This document shows positions 1-9,900 of a stretch of DNA of 64,000 nucleotides, piece by piece. The number at the start of each line of letters is the position of its first letter. Within the stretch, counting starts at the first letter, position 1. The notes beneath the pieces are model-generated. The model did no database searches, was not told the DNA's origin, and saw only the letters and a list, made by a program, of their open reading frames with translations. The DNA comes from Deltaproteobacteria bacterium (GTDB lineage Bacteria; Desulfobacterota; Desulfobaccia; Desulfobaccales; 0-14-0-80-60-11), in the NCBI GenBank assembly GCA_021813445.1, contig JAKAKP010000059.1, forward strand, positions 20,002 through 84,001, written 5' to 3'. Both the position numbers and the translations under genes were made by a program.

Positions 1-1236
1 ATCGCCAGATGGGAGGCCGCGGCTGCGGCCTGCCCCATCAGAGGCCTCTTGCTCCGGTCCCGGTCGCCGCCGCAGCCGAACACGGTGATCAGCCGGGAAA
101 AGTCCAGGGCCGACAACGCCTTGAGGACCGAGGCCAGGGCCGCGGGCGTATGCGCGTAATCCACGAAGACCGCAGGGCCTTCCGGGGGGCCGAAGCGTTC
201 CAACCTTCCCGGCGCCCCCTCCAGCGCGTCGATGCCCCGGGCTATCTCCTCCAGGGTCAGGCCCAAGGCCAGGGCGGTGGCGGTGGCCGCCAGAATGTTA
301 TATAAGTTAAAGGGTCCCACCAAACTGGACTTGATATCTATTTCCCCGGCAGGGGTGCTGAGCCGGGCCTCCACGCCGCGACGCCGGAAGCGCTTGATCA
401 GGGGCCGCACCTGGCTGCGGGGATGGGAGCCGTAGGTCAGGGTGGGGACGGACACGCGGCGGTGCAATTCCTCGCCCCGGGGATCATCCAGGTTGAGGAC
501 CGCAGTCCCTGCCGAAGCACTGCCATTGGCCAAAAGTTCTAAAAATAGCCGGGACTTGGCGGCAAAATAGCTCTCCATCTCCCGGTGATAATCCAGATGA
601 TCCTGGGAGAGGTTGGTGAACACGGCCGCAGCAAACGTGGTGCAATCCACCCTCTTCAAATCCAGGGCATGGGAGGAAACCTCCAGGAATACATGGTTTG
701 CCCCGTGGCGGCGCATTTCCCGGAGCAGTTTCTGCAGATCCAGGGATTCGGGAGTGGTCACCGCCGCGGGCCAGTGCCGCGGGCCCACCCGGTAATTGAC
801 CGTGCCCACCACCCCAGCCAGGTGGCCCGCAGTCCCGATAATGGCTTCCAGGAGATAGGTGGTGGTGGTCTTGCCGTTGGTGCCGGTGATGCCCACCAGT
901 TTCATTTCCCGGCTGGGATGGCGGTAGAATGCCGCGCTCAGGTGGGCCATAGCCAGACGGGCGTCGGGCACCCGCACCACCGTCACCCCGGGAGGCGGAG
1001 CCAATTCCTGTTCGCTGACGATTACCCGGGCGCCCCGTTCCAGGGCCGCGTTCAGGAAACAGTGGCCGTCGGTGCGCAGCCCCTTCAGGGCTACAAAAAC
1101 GCTCCCCTGGACCACATCCTGGGAATGATAGGCTACGGCGGTGACGGGAATGCAGTCATTCCCCGTCACCTGGCAGCCTTGCAGGCCGGCCAGGAGATCT
1201 TTTAAAGTTTGAGTGGCGTCTTGCATGCTCCGTACC
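1..1236 (-). CDS. murE: UDP-N-acetylmuramoyl-L-alanyl-D-glutamate--2,6-diaminopimelate ligase (MurE); C-terminus runs off the window
   Basis: Own minus-strand translation from the ATG at 1236-1234: MQDATQTLKDLLAGLQGCQVTG...VFVALKGLRTDGH...KLVGITGTNGKTTTTYLLE (Mur ligase P-loop). It lies directly downstream of ftsI, as in dcw clusters. It is absent from the ORF track because it is open at the window edge. Confidence 0.85.
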
Positions 1237-1383
1237 GGTCCTTTTGCTGCTTTTGAGCGGGTAAGCAGGCTGGGGAAAGGCTGCAGGTCTTTTTTTCCCC
1301 AGAGATGTGATTTTCAGCCAGCTATCATAACTATCCTAGAAAATTCTCCCCTTGGCAAGACGCAGACCGGCCGCCTGGGGGCT

Positions 1384-3453
1384 TCAGGACTGGGAGCGAA
1401 ACCTGACCACGCAAACGGCCCCGGGAGTGATGGAGGTCCCTGGCGACGGCTCCTGGCTGACGGCCAGGCCGCTGCCTTCAAAGCGGCAATGCATCCCGGA
1501 ATGCTGCAGCAGGTTCAGAACCTGGCGGATGGTCAGGCCGCTCAAATCCGGCATCACCTCCAAGGGCTTCTTGGGGATTGCCGCCTGTATTTGTAAAGGT
1601 TTCGGCGGCGCCGCGGCCTTGCGGGCCGGGTGTTTTACCTCCGGTGCAGGCTTGGCTGGGGCGGGGGTGGGGAGCAGGCCTGCCAGGACCGGGGCGTTTT
1701 CGCTTTGGTTTTGGGGATAATACCCCAGAAAACGGAGGGATTGGGCGGCGATTTCCCGAAAAATGGGAGCAGCCACCACCCCGCCATAAATCGCGCCTTT
1801 AGGTTCATCGACAATCACGGCGATGGCCAGAGCGGGTTTCTGAGCCGGCGTCAGGCCGATGAACCAGGCGTTGTATTTGCTGTGGGAATAAGCCCGGCCC
1901 ACCAGCTTTTGGGCCGTGCCGGTCTTACCGGCCACGGTGAAACCCGCGGGTGCGGCTTCCGTCGCCGTCCCCCCCGGTTTGGTCACGGTTTCCATAATGG
2001 CCAACATCTGCCGGGCCGTTTCCGGGGAGAGCACCCGCCGGACAGGCTGGGGCTGAAATTCTTTCACCACCTCGCCCCGGGGGCTGACGATTTCCTTGAC
2101 CAGTTGAGGGGCCATGAGGACCCCGTCGTTACCCATGGACGCCAGGGCCATGGTCAGTTGCAGGAGGGTGACGGAAACCCCCTGGCCGAAAGCCAGGGTG
2201 GCCCGGTCCAGGGGCGAGCGGGCAACGCGCAAATTCTTCAGGAGCCCGGCGCTTTCTCCAGGATAGAGGATGCCGGTGCGGCTGCCGAAGCCGAAGGCCC
2301 GGAGATAGTGATCCAGGCGGGCGTTACCGGTGCGGTGGGCGATTTTGGCCGCGCCGATATTGCTGGATTTTTGAATGACCTGCTGCAAGCTCAGGGTGCC
2401 GTAGCGATGGGCGTCATGGATCACTTCTTTGGCGCCCAGGCGCCAGAGCCCCAGTTCGCAATTGAACATGTCAGTGGGTTTGGCCGCGTGGCTATCCAAA
2501 GCCGCGGCGGCCACAAAAATCTTAAAGGTGGAACCCGGCTCCAAAGCGCAAGTTATGGGGCGGACGTGGCGGTTTTCTTCGGGATACTGGGCGTAACGAT
2601 TGGGGTCCTCCGGCGGATATTGGGCCATGGCCAATATTTCCCCCGTCTGGGGCCTGACCACCATAGCCATGCCGCCGGCAGCCTGCCAATGGGTCACCCC
2701 CTTGGCCAGTTCCTTTTCGGCGATATACTGCAGGGTGCTGTCCAGAGTCAGCACCACGTTGTTGCCCATGACCTCCGGGTCCCAAGCCTTCTCCCCGGTG
2801 ACCACGATCCGGCCCCGGGCGTCCAGCATCTTCATGCATTTCTTGGGCTTGCCGTACAGATAATTTTCATATTGCAGTTCCAGGCCTTCCAAGCCCTGGC
2901 CGTCCACGTTGCAGAAACCCAGAATTGACCCGGCCAGGGCCATCTGGGGGTAATAGCGAAAGGCCTCGGGGATGAGATAAATCGCGTCTATATCCCGGCG
3001 CCCGGTAACTTTGTGCAGATTGGCTTGTTTTTCGGCTGCGGCATGCCAGGTCCGGAAGGCTTCTTCTTTTTCCGGGGTCAAGTGGCGCTTCACCCAGACG
3101 AAAGGACGGGCCCGGGTAAGAATTTCTTGCAACTCCCGGACTTTTACCCCCAGGACCGGGGCCAATCCCTGGCTGAGACGAACTGCATCTTTGATCTGGG
3201 GAGGATGGGCCACCAGGGAATAGACCCGGGTGCTGATGGCCAGCTCATTGCCGCGGCGGTCCAGGATTTGCCCCCGTACCGGCAACACGGGACAAAGTTT
3301 CTGGACTTCCCGGTTAGCCACCTCCCGCAGTTGGGGCCCCCGGATGATTTGCAGATAAAAAAATCTGCCACAGACCCAAAGGCCCAAGCAGACCAGGCCA
3401 AACCCCACCAGGACGATGCGCAGCCGGGTCCATTTATCGAGGCCCGGAGTCAT
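1384..3453 (-). CDS. ftsI: Peptidoglycan D,D-transpeptidase FtsI (PBP3 class) with C-terminal PASTA-like domain
   Basis: Transpeptidase motifs STFK (EPGSTFKIF), SSN (QKSSNIG) and KTGT (GKTGTAQK). TM anchor after MTPGLDKWTRLRIVLVGFGLV. Start trimmed to the ATG at 3453, which forms an ATGA overlap with the ftsL stop; the track ORF extends to 3720 through ftsL. Confidence 0.9.
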   Translation of the reverse strand: MTPGLDKWTRLRIVLVGFGLVCLGLWVCGRFFYLQIIRGPQLREVANREVQKLCPVLPVRGQILDRRGNELAISTRVYSLVAHPPQIKDAVRLSQGLAPVLGVKVRELQEILTRARPFVWVKRHLTPEKEEAFRTWHAAAEKQANLHKVTGRRDIDAIYLIPEAFRYYPQMALAGSILGFCNVDGQGLEGLELQYENYLYGKPKKCMKMLDARGRIVVTGEKAWDPEVMGNNVVLTLDSTLQYIAEKELAKGVTHWQAAGGMAMVVRPQTGEILAMAQYPPEDPNRYAQYPEENRHVRPITCALEPGSTFKIFVAAAALDSHAAKPTDMFNCELGLWRLGAKEVIHDAHRYGTLSLQQVIQKSSNIGAAKIAHRTGNARLDHYLRAFGFGSRTGILYPGESAGLLKNLRVARSPLDRATLAFGQGVSVTLLQLTMALASMGNDGVLMAPQLVKEIVSPRGEVVKEFQPQPVRRVLSPETARQMLAIMETVTKPGGTATEAAPAGFTVAGKTGTAQKLVGRAYSHSKYNAWFIGLTPAQKPALAIAVIVDEPKGAIYGGVVAAPIFREIAAQSLRFLGYYPQNQSENAPVLAGLLPTPAPAKPAPEVKHPARKAAAPPKPLQIQAAIPKKPLEVMPDLSGLTIRQVLNLLQHSGMHCRFEGSGLAVSQEPSPGTSITPGAVCVVRFRSQS

Positions 3454-3809
3454 GGCAGCTGCACGACCTGGCAAGGCAGCGGCGGCGCCATCCCGAATTT
3501 GTCCACCGCTAACTTTTCCAGCCGGGAGATGGAGGTCAGGTTGGAGAGCTCGATCCGGAGCTTGCGATTCAACTCCAGATATTGCTTTTGGGTCTCCTGG
3601 GCCTGGGATATCTGGTAATTCAGATTGGTCTGTTGGAGATTGGCCCAGGCCCAAACCAGGGAGGATATGATGAAGCCGACGGCAACCAGCACCAGGACCG
3701 TCACTCCCGCTTTCCCCCATTGGGAGGGTTGGGAGACCGCCACCTTGCGGTTCCGGGAGGCAAAAAGCTGCTCCACACTGCTTAACCGGAGACTGACGTT
3801 GCTGGGCAT
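3450..3809 (-). CDS. ftsL: Cell division protein FtsL
   Basis: Small bitopic protein (one TM, then coiled coil ...NRKLRIELSNLTSISRLEKLA...) between rsmH and ftsI. Exact start is uncertain. Confidence 0.7.
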   Translation of the reverse strand: MPSNVSLRLSSVEQLFASRNRKVAVSQPSQWGKAGVTVLVLVAVGFIISSLVWAWANLQQTNLNYQISQAQETQKQYLELNRKLRIELSNLTSISRLEKLAVDKFGMAPPLPCQVVQLP

Positions 3810-3821
3810 ACCATTTCTCCT

Positions 3822-4712
3822 TTAATTCTCCACCTTTTCAGCCACGCGCAGTTTGGCGCTCCGAGCCCGGGGGTTGCGGCGTACTTCCTCGACCGTGGGG
3901 ATCAGAGGTTTCCTGGTCAGGCGGCGCATCAGCCCGGCTTTTTCCCAGGCCAACAACCGCTGTTTGACCAGCCGGTCTTCCAGGGAGTGGTAGGAGATCA
4001 CCACCAGACGCCCTCCCGGCTCCAGCCAGGCCGGCGCCTCTCCCAAAAAGACGGCCAGTTCTTCTATTTCCCGGTTCACCGCAATCCTCAAGGCCTGGAA
4101 GACCCGGGTGGCGGGATGTCGCTCCCCCCGCCGCCGCCCGGGTCCCTGGGCCTGCTGAACAAGTGTTACCAACTGCTGGGTAAACCGGAAAGGTTGCTGC
4201 CGCCGGGCTGCTACCACCAGGCGGGCGAAACGCCGGGCGCGCGGCTCTTCGCCATATTCCTTAAAGATCTTTTCCAGGGCGGCCGGAGTGGCGGAGTTGA
4301 GAAGGTCCGCCGCCGTCTTCCCCGGCCTGAGGGGATCGAACCGCATGTCCAGAGGCTCATCGCCCTGGAAACTGAAACCGCGGCCGGAGCGCTGCAGTTG
4401 ATGCAGCGACAGCCCCAGGTCCAGCACGATGCCGGCCACTGCCGGCACCCCTTCTTCCTTAAGTATCTCCCCCAATCGGGCATAAGAGCTATGAAACAGA
4501 TGAAATCTGGAGGTGTAGGGGGCCAGCCTGGCCGCCGCGGTTTCCAGGACCACCGGGTCCTTATCCAGTCCCCACAACCGCCCGTCAGGCGCGCAACGTT
4601 CCAGGATGGCCGCGGCATGCCCCCCTTCACCCACGGTGCCATCCACGTACACGCGAGCTGGCCGGCAATTGAGGCCCACCAACACCTCCTCTACCATCAC
4701 CGGTTCATGCAC
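3822..4712 (-). CDS. rsmH: 16S rRNA (cytosine1402-N4)-methyltransferase RsmH/MraW
   Basis: HEPVMVEEVL...YVDGTVGEGGHA SAM-binding signature; dcw position after mraZ. Confidence 0.95.
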   Translation of the reverse strand: MHEPVMVEEVLVGLNCRPARVYVDGTVGEGGHAAAILERCAPDGRLWGLDKDPVVLETAAARLAPYTSRFHLFHSSYARLGEILKEEGVPAVAGIVLDLGLSLHQLQRSGRGFSFQGDEPLDMRFDPLRPGKTAADLLNSATPAALEKIFKEYGEEPRARRFARLVVAARRQQPFRFTQQLVTLVQQAQGPGRRRGERHPATRVFQALRIAVNREIEELAVFLGEAPAWLEPGGRLVVISYHSLEDRLVKQRLLAWEKAGLMRRLTRKPLIPTVEEVRRNPRARSAKLRVAEKVEN

Positions 4713-4729
4713 CGGGTAGTGGTCTTGGT

Positions 4730-5164
4730 CTAAATCAGTAATTCGTGGAGTACCTCTTCGTTAATCGCAGATTCGAGCTGCTTCCGATGGGCTTCATAAG
4801 TGGAGCGGTCCCAGATTTCAAAACCGCGGATCATCCCCACCAAAGCCACCTCCCGGGACAGCTTGGCGTAATCCCGGAGATAAGGGCCGATTAAAATCCG
4901 TCCCTGGCGGTCCAAAGGACATTCCTGGACGCCGGAGATGAGAAACCGCTGCACCGCCCGCACTTCTTTGCGCAAGGTGGATTGCTCCGCCAACTTGGCT
5001 TCGACCTTCTGCCATTCGGATTGCGGGAAAGCGAGAATGTAGCCGTCGTAATTGGTGAGGACGAGGACGCGGTCCTGGCGTTCCTGCAGGATTTCCCGGT
5101 AACGGGGGGAAATACTGACCCTGCCTTTGTTATCCAGAAGGTGAAAATAGCTACCGGTGAACAC
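4730..5164 (-). CDS. mraZ: Transcriptional regulator MraZ
   Basis: MFTGSYFHLLDNKGRVSISPRYREIL..., duplicated SpoVT/AbrB-like halves, first gene of the dcw cluster. Confidence 0.95.
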   Translation of the reverse strand: MFTGSYFHLLDNKGRVSISPRYREILQERQDRVLVLTNYDGYILAFPQSEWQKVEAKLAEQSTLRKEVRAVQRFLISGVQECPLDRQGRILIGPYLRDYAKLSREVALVGMIRGFEIWDRSTYEAHRKQLESAINEEVLHELLI

Positions 5165-5220
5165 TGCCCCCTACCTCTCTCCACTCCATGCTACCGGTGA
5201 GGTATCCGACCCTACAAGGC

Positions 5221-5246
5221 CCCACTCAATCCCACTTTTTCCCACT
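5221..5246 (-). promoter_or_regulatory. Putative MraZ operator: three GTGGG direct repeats at exact 10-bp spacing
   Basis: Plus-strand cccac at 5221, 5231 and 5241, which is GTGGGA/GTGGGA/GTGGGG on the gene strand. It lies about 55-80 nt upstream of the mraZ ATG and resembles the TGGGN repeat operator described for E. coli MraZ. Confidence 0.6.
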
Positions 5247-5253
5247 TGCAATC

Positions 5254-5281
5254 AAAATACGCCCTTTTCTATGTATGTCAA
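5254..5281 (-). promoter_or_regulatory. Candidate sigma-70 promoter of the dcw operon (TTGACA-N16-TATTTT)
   Basis: On the minus strand, TTGACA (5281-5276) and TATTTT (5259-5254), immediately upstream of the MraZ boxes. Sequence match only. Confidence 0.4.
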
Positions 5282-5373
5282 GAAAAAAGAGCAAAAAAAG
5301 ATTAAAAGAAAAATTTCACAAATATTCGGGAAGTCTTGATCAATTCAAGGTGCGGAAGCCGTGAAGGGTAATT

Positions 5374-5832
5374 TTATTTGGAGAGGTTACGGTATTCCAG
5401 GTAGGATTGCAGAATGAGGACCGCGGCCACCTGATCCACTACCCGGCGGCGGCGCCGGCGGCTCAGGTCCGCTTGCAGCAAGACCCGCTCCGCTTCCATG
5501 GTGGTGAGCCGTTCATCCCAGGGGGTCACCGGGATCCCCAGGCTATCTCCCAGGGTCCGGGCCAGTTCTAGAACCGCGTCGGCCTGCTTGCCCGGACGGC
5601 CGTCCATATGGCGGGGCAGTCCCACCAGGATTTCCTGGACTTGATACTCCTGGGCCACTTCTCGCAGCCGGGCCAGGTCATGCTCCCGGTTCTGGCGGAT
5701 CAGGACCCCCAATCCCTGGGCGGTGATTCCCAGAGGATCGCTCACCGCTAGGCCGATGCGTTTCTCGCCCACATCCAGGGCGAGGATGCGGACTTCCCGG
5801 CCCCGTGTTTGTTCGGTATCGGTAGGGGACAT
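5374..5832 (-). CDS. ruvX: Holliday junction resolvase-like / pre-16S rRNA nuclease RuvX (YqgF)
   Basis: RILALDVGEKRIGLAVSD...GLPRHMDG...DERLTT, typical YqgF family signature and size. Confidence 0.9.
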   Translation of the reverse strand: MSPTDTEQTRGREVRILALDVGEKRIGLAVSDPLGITAQGLGVLIRQNREHDLARLREVAQEYQVQEILVGLPRHMDGRPGKQADAVLELARTLGDSLGIPVTPWDERLTTMEAERVLLQADLSRRRRRRVVDQVAAVLILQSYLEYRNLSK

Positions 5833-5974
5833 ACTTCCTTCAGGTATGGGGAATAAATCTTTTTCCTATGGCCTTAGTTTAATCCAAATCCATCCAATAA
5901 GCTCCACCTGTTTCCTGAAGTTCTCGGCAAATTCCAGGGGAATCCGGAGGGCCGCCAGGTGTTCTGCTCTCCTC

Positions 5975-8900
5975 TTAGACAAATTTAAAGTTCTTCTCTT
6001 TGAAGAGCTTCAAGCAGGCGTCCACCACCTGGGGATCAAAGAGGACGCCCCGCTTCTTGGAGATTTCCTCCAAGGCCGCGTCTACCCCCAGAGACGGCCG
6101 GTAAGGCCGGTGGGAAGCCATGGCCTCCACTTCGTCCGCCACCCCCAAAATCCTGGCTTCCAACAGAATCTCCTCACCCCGCAAACCGTCGGGGTAACCG
6201 GAGCCATCCATTCTTTCGTGATGTTGCCGGACGATCTGCGCCACCGGCCAGGGAAATTCGATGGGCTGCAAGATATCGTATCCTTTTTGGGAATGGGTTT
6301 TAACTATGGCAAACTCCGTATCGGACAGCTTACCCGGCCGGTTGAGGATTTCTGCAGGTACATAGATTTTTCCCAGGTCGTGGAGACTTCCGGCGATCCA
6401 AACCGCTTTCTTCTGTTCTTTGGAAAGGGCCAGTTCTTTGGCAATGGCCAGGGCCAGCCGGGTCACCCGGCGTTGATGTCCGGCGGTATACGGGTCCCTG
6501 ATTTCCACGGTCAGGGCCATGGCCTGGACGATTCCTCCCATGATCTTCTCCAACCGGCTCAGGCTTTGGCGCAGGTTCTCTTCCGCCTGCCTGTGTGCGG
6601 TGATGTCTTGGATCAAGGGCAGGTAGCAAAGGGGGGTTCCGGCCGCGTCCTTGATCAGGCGCGCCGACAGCCGGACCCAGACCGTGCTGCCATTCTTGCG
6701 GAGGTAACGTTTCTCCATGGTGTATTGCTCGATTTTGCCCGCGGCCAGACGCTGCGCCAGTTTCACGTCCTGGGCCACATCGTCGGGATGGGTAATGTCC
6801 ATAAAAGTGCGGGCCAAGAGTTCTTTCTTGGGATAACCGGTAATCCGGGACAACTCGGCATTGACCTGCTGAAAGCGAAAATCCAGACCCACTAGAGCCG
6901 CGCCGATGGGGGACTGGTCAAAGGTGCGGCGAAACTTCTCCTCACTGAGCCGCAGGGCTTCTTCCGCCTGCTTGCGGGCGGTGATGTCACACAAGGTTCC
7001 GCTGATATGGGTGATCTTGCCGCTGGCATCGCAGAATATCTGACCTAAATTCTGGATCCAACGAATCTCCCCGTCCTTTCTGCGAATCCGGTACTCCCGG
7101 ATATACGACTTATCAGTCTTCAGACCATTAATAAATTTACGTTTCGCTCCTTCCAGGTCCTCCGGCAGGATCAGTTCCTGCCATTTTAGCTTCCGTGAGT
7201 CAAAGTCTGCCTTGCTATAGCCGGTTATGGTTTCAATTTTATTATCAAAGAAATCAATACTCCAATCAGCATATCCTTTGAAGACCACCGCGGGGATTTG
7301 ATTGACCAGCAAGCGGTACTTCTCTTCGCTCTCCCGCAAAAACTCCTCCGCCTGTTTGCGTTCGGTGATGTCGCTATCCGCTCCCCGGTATCCCAGGATA
7401 TTGCCCGCGGTATCCTGTACGGGAACCCCGCTGGTGGATAACCATATGGTTTTCCCATCTTTCCGCTGGTTCCGATTCACGAAATCCCGGAAGGGCTGCT
7501 TGGCCTCGATTATTGCAAAGGCTGCGGCCTTGAGCTCTTCCCGTTCCTCCGGGAGAAAGAAATCATAAAAATGTTTGTCCAGCACTTCCCCTGGCGTATA
7601 GCCCAACAATTTCTCCACCACCGGACTGGAGTAAGTGTATTTTCCCTCACGGTTCAATTCCCAAATCCATTCCACCGCATTTTCCATAATATTCCTAAAC
7701 CGTTGCTCGTTCTCCTTAAGTGCTTCCTCCGTCTGTTTCCTGGCGGTGATGTCGGTGACCATCCCCAGAGAGCCGGCATACCGCCCCTCTTTATCGAACA
7801 CGGGGCTGGAAGTCATTATCACCCACAAATTCCTGCCCTCTTTATGGCGGAGCTTAACATCGAGATGCTCTCTATCGCCTTGCTGGAGGTGCTCGATGAT
7901 GTGACTGCTAAGCTTCTCAAACCATTCCTGGTCAATGAACTTGGTTATCGGCTCGCCGATCATCTCCTCCAGGGAATAACCCAACATTTCCGTCATGCGG
8001 TTATTGGCGAAGGTCACCCTATTTCCCGCGTCCGTGATCCAGATGCCTTCCCACGCGGTTTCGACGATTCGCCGATAGAGTTCGTCCCTTTGCCGCAGCG
8101 CCTCTTCCGTTTGTTTCCGCTTGGATATGTCCCGGAAGGTGATGACCGTTCCTAAAATACGGCCGTCCTGGACGATGGGATTTCTGCCGACCCTCGCCGG
8201 GAAGCCCGTGCCGTCTTTGCGCCAAAAAAAATCATCTTCAAAAGAACAATAAATTCCCTCACTTAGCATTTTCGCGGCGGGGCACTCAGGCGCGGGGTAG
8301 GGACTGCCGTCGGGTTTGGTGTGGTGACAGATACTGTGACCGTGCCGGCCGAGCAGTTCTGCCACTCCATAACCCAGCATCTGCGCAGCCGCGGGGTTTA
8401 CAAAGGTAATGTTGCCCTCGAGGTCCAGTCCCATTATCCCTTCCAAGGTCGAAGATAAGATGAACTCATGGTGCTGGCGCAGTTGGGTCACCTTCCATTC
8501 GGCCCTTTGCCGCATCAAGACTGCCACCATGGCTTCGGCCATGGCCTCCATGTCTTCTTGATGTTGCCTATCATAACCGCCCGGCCGATTGGATAGACCC
8601 ACCATGCCCAGGGTCTGGTCCGCCAGTTTTAAAGGTACGCCCAGGAAGGAAGTGACAGGGGGATAATGGGCCGGAGGTTCGAGCCAATCAGGATGAGCGG
8701 CCGGGTCGTTTAAAATCAGACTCTCACCTCTCTGGAGGACCTGGCTGGAGATACCTTGCGCCTCCCAATCTTGACCCACGGGGGCAGCTGTGGTCCGTGC
8801 CGACTCCGCGGCGGACCGGCCTGGCATATTGGTGGCTATGGTCTGGCACTGGCCCGCGGGATTATGCTGGCAGATGAACCCGAATTTGCTGCCGGTCAAT

Positions 8901-9046
8901 TCCGCGGCCGCGTCCAAAAAGACGTGGCCCAATTGTTCTTCGGTCTTGCAGGAGAGAGCTTCCCGGAAGATGCGGCTGATTGCTGCTAAAACTGCAGCCT
9001 GGTCCTGTACCTGCCGCTTCCTGTTAGTATGCGATCGACTTGCCAT
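5975..9046 (-). CDS. Multi-sensor signalling protein: GAF + about 5 PAS/PAC + HD-GYP phosphodiesterase domain
   Basis: Repeated PAS/PAC signatures (...DITARKQAEEAL..., ...DITERKQAEEFL...). C-terminal HD-GYP motifs HDLGKIYVP and HHERMDGSGYPDGL. Confidence 0.85.
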   Translation of the reverse strand: MASRSHTNRKRQVQDQAAVLAAISRIFREALSCKTEEQLGHVFLDAAAELTGSKFGFICQHNPAGQCQTIATNMPGRSAAESARTTAAPVGQDWEAQGISSQVLQRGESLILNDPAAHPDWLEPPAHYPPVTSFLGVPLKLADQTLGMVGLSNRPGGYDRQHQEDMEAMAEAMVAVLMRQRAEWKVTQLRQHHEFILSSTLEGIMGLDLEGNITFVNPAAAQMLGYGVAELLGRHGHSICHHTKPDGSPYPAPECPAAKMLSEGIYCSFEDDFFWRKDGTGFPARVGRNPIVQDGRILGTVITFRDISKRKQTEEALRQRDELYRRIVETAWEGIWITDAGNRVTFANNRMTEMLGYSLEEMIGEPITKFIDQEWFEKLSSHIIEHLQQGDREHLDVKLRHKEGRNLWVIMTSSPVFDKEGRYAGSLGMVTDITARKQTEEALKENEQRFRNIMENAVEWIWELNREGKYTYSSPVVEKLLGYTPGEVLDKHFYDFFLPEEREELKAAAFAIIEAKQPFRDFVNRNQRKDGKTIWLSTSGVPVQDTAGNILGYRGADSDITERKQAEEFLRESEEKYRLLVNQIPAVVFKGYADWSIDFFDNKIETITGYSKADFDSRKLKWQELILPEDLEGAKRKFINGLKTDKSYIREYRIRRKDGEIRWIQNLGQIFCDASGKITHISGTLCDITARKQAEEALRLSEEKFRRTFDQSPIGAALVGLDFRFQQVNAELSRITGYPKKELLARTFMDITHPDDVAQDVKLAQRLAAGKIEQYTMEKRYLRKNGSTVWVRLSARLIKDAAGTPLCYLPLIQDITAHRQAEENLRQSLSRLEKIMGGIVQAMALTVEIRDPYTAGHQRRVTRLALAIAKELALSKEQKKAVWIAGSLHDLGKIYVPAEILNRPGKLSDTEFAIVKTHSQKGYDILQPIEFPWPVAQIVRQHHERMDGSGYPDGLRGEEILLEARILGVADEVEAMASHRPYRPSLGVDAALEEISKKRGVLFDPQVVDACLKLFKEKNFKFV

Positions 9047-9188
9047 CTCGACTCTCCAGTTAGCGGAATTAGAATCACTGCCTCACTTTTAAGTGACTCA
9101 AGCAGTGGGCCGGCCCATTATCTATTTTTATATTTAATACCTACGATATTTGTTTACAAATAAGCATCTTTATTCAGCTAAGCAAGGT

Positions 9189-9599
9189 CTATTTGGACAG
9201 GAGCCAGACGGCCACTAAGGCCAGGGCCACTCCGGTCAACTGCCGGGGACTGATGGCCTCCTGGAGTACGACTCGGCTGAGAACTACGGTCACCAGGGGG
9301 TAGAGCGCGGTGAGGGGCACCACTACCGCTGCAGTCCCCAGGGTCAGGGCCTTTAAAAAACAGAGCAGACCGAAAGCCATGCAAATACCTGCAGCCAGGC
9401 CTGCGGTTAGCCCCCAGGAGATGACGGGGATAGACAATCCCCCTCCCATCCAAAGATAACCGATGACCACTGCGTGACCGCAAATGGCCAGGAGATAAAC
9501 GGCCTGGGGCGGCAACTGCCGGGCGGCCACTTTACTCAGGAAGCCCCACAGCCCCCACAAACCTGTGGCCATCAGGGAAAAAGCCAGCCAACCCACCAC
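9189..9599 (-). CDS. Small EamA/DMT-family membrane protein (single EamA domain)
   Basis: 136 aa with about 4 hydrophobic helices and EamA-like composition. No specific substrate is inferable. Confidence 0.55.
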   Translation of the reverse strand: MVGWLAFSLMATGLWGLWGFLSKVAARQLPPQAVYLLAICGHAVVIGYLWMGGGLSIPVISWGLTAGLAAGICMAFGLLCFLKALTLGTAAVVVPLTALYPLVTVVLSRVVLQEAISPRQLTGVALALVAVWLLSK

Positions 9600-9763
9600 A
9601 CTCGCCTCCTGCCTTGCCAGTTTCTTCCTATTCTTCTAATATATGTACATCGATCCGGGTTGCAAAAAATGCCATAATTTTTTTTTCTTTTAAACAATAA
9701 TTTAGAAAATATATTTGAATCGTTGAATATTGCGGTAAATTCGCCCTACGGAATTACTCCGCC

Positions 9764-9778
9764 TGGCAAAGGATTTGC
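9764..9778 (+). promoter_or_regulatory. Possible sigma-54 type -24/-12 element (TGGCAA-N5-TTGC), also a 7-3-7 palindrome
   Basis: tggcaaaggatttgcc has GG and GC at the correct spacing, about 120 nt upstream of the GDPD start. It could equally be a repressor palindrome (TGGCAAA gga TTTGCCA). Confidence 0.3.
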
Positions 9779-9900
9779 CAAGCGGGGGGCGGGGGAGGGA
9801 GTAAGGGAACAGGTTGCAGGCTTTTGGCCGCTGTGACCCTATCTCTCTGTTTACTCCATCAAGAAGGTTCAGTCAAGAAGGTTTCAGTCAAGGAGGTTCG

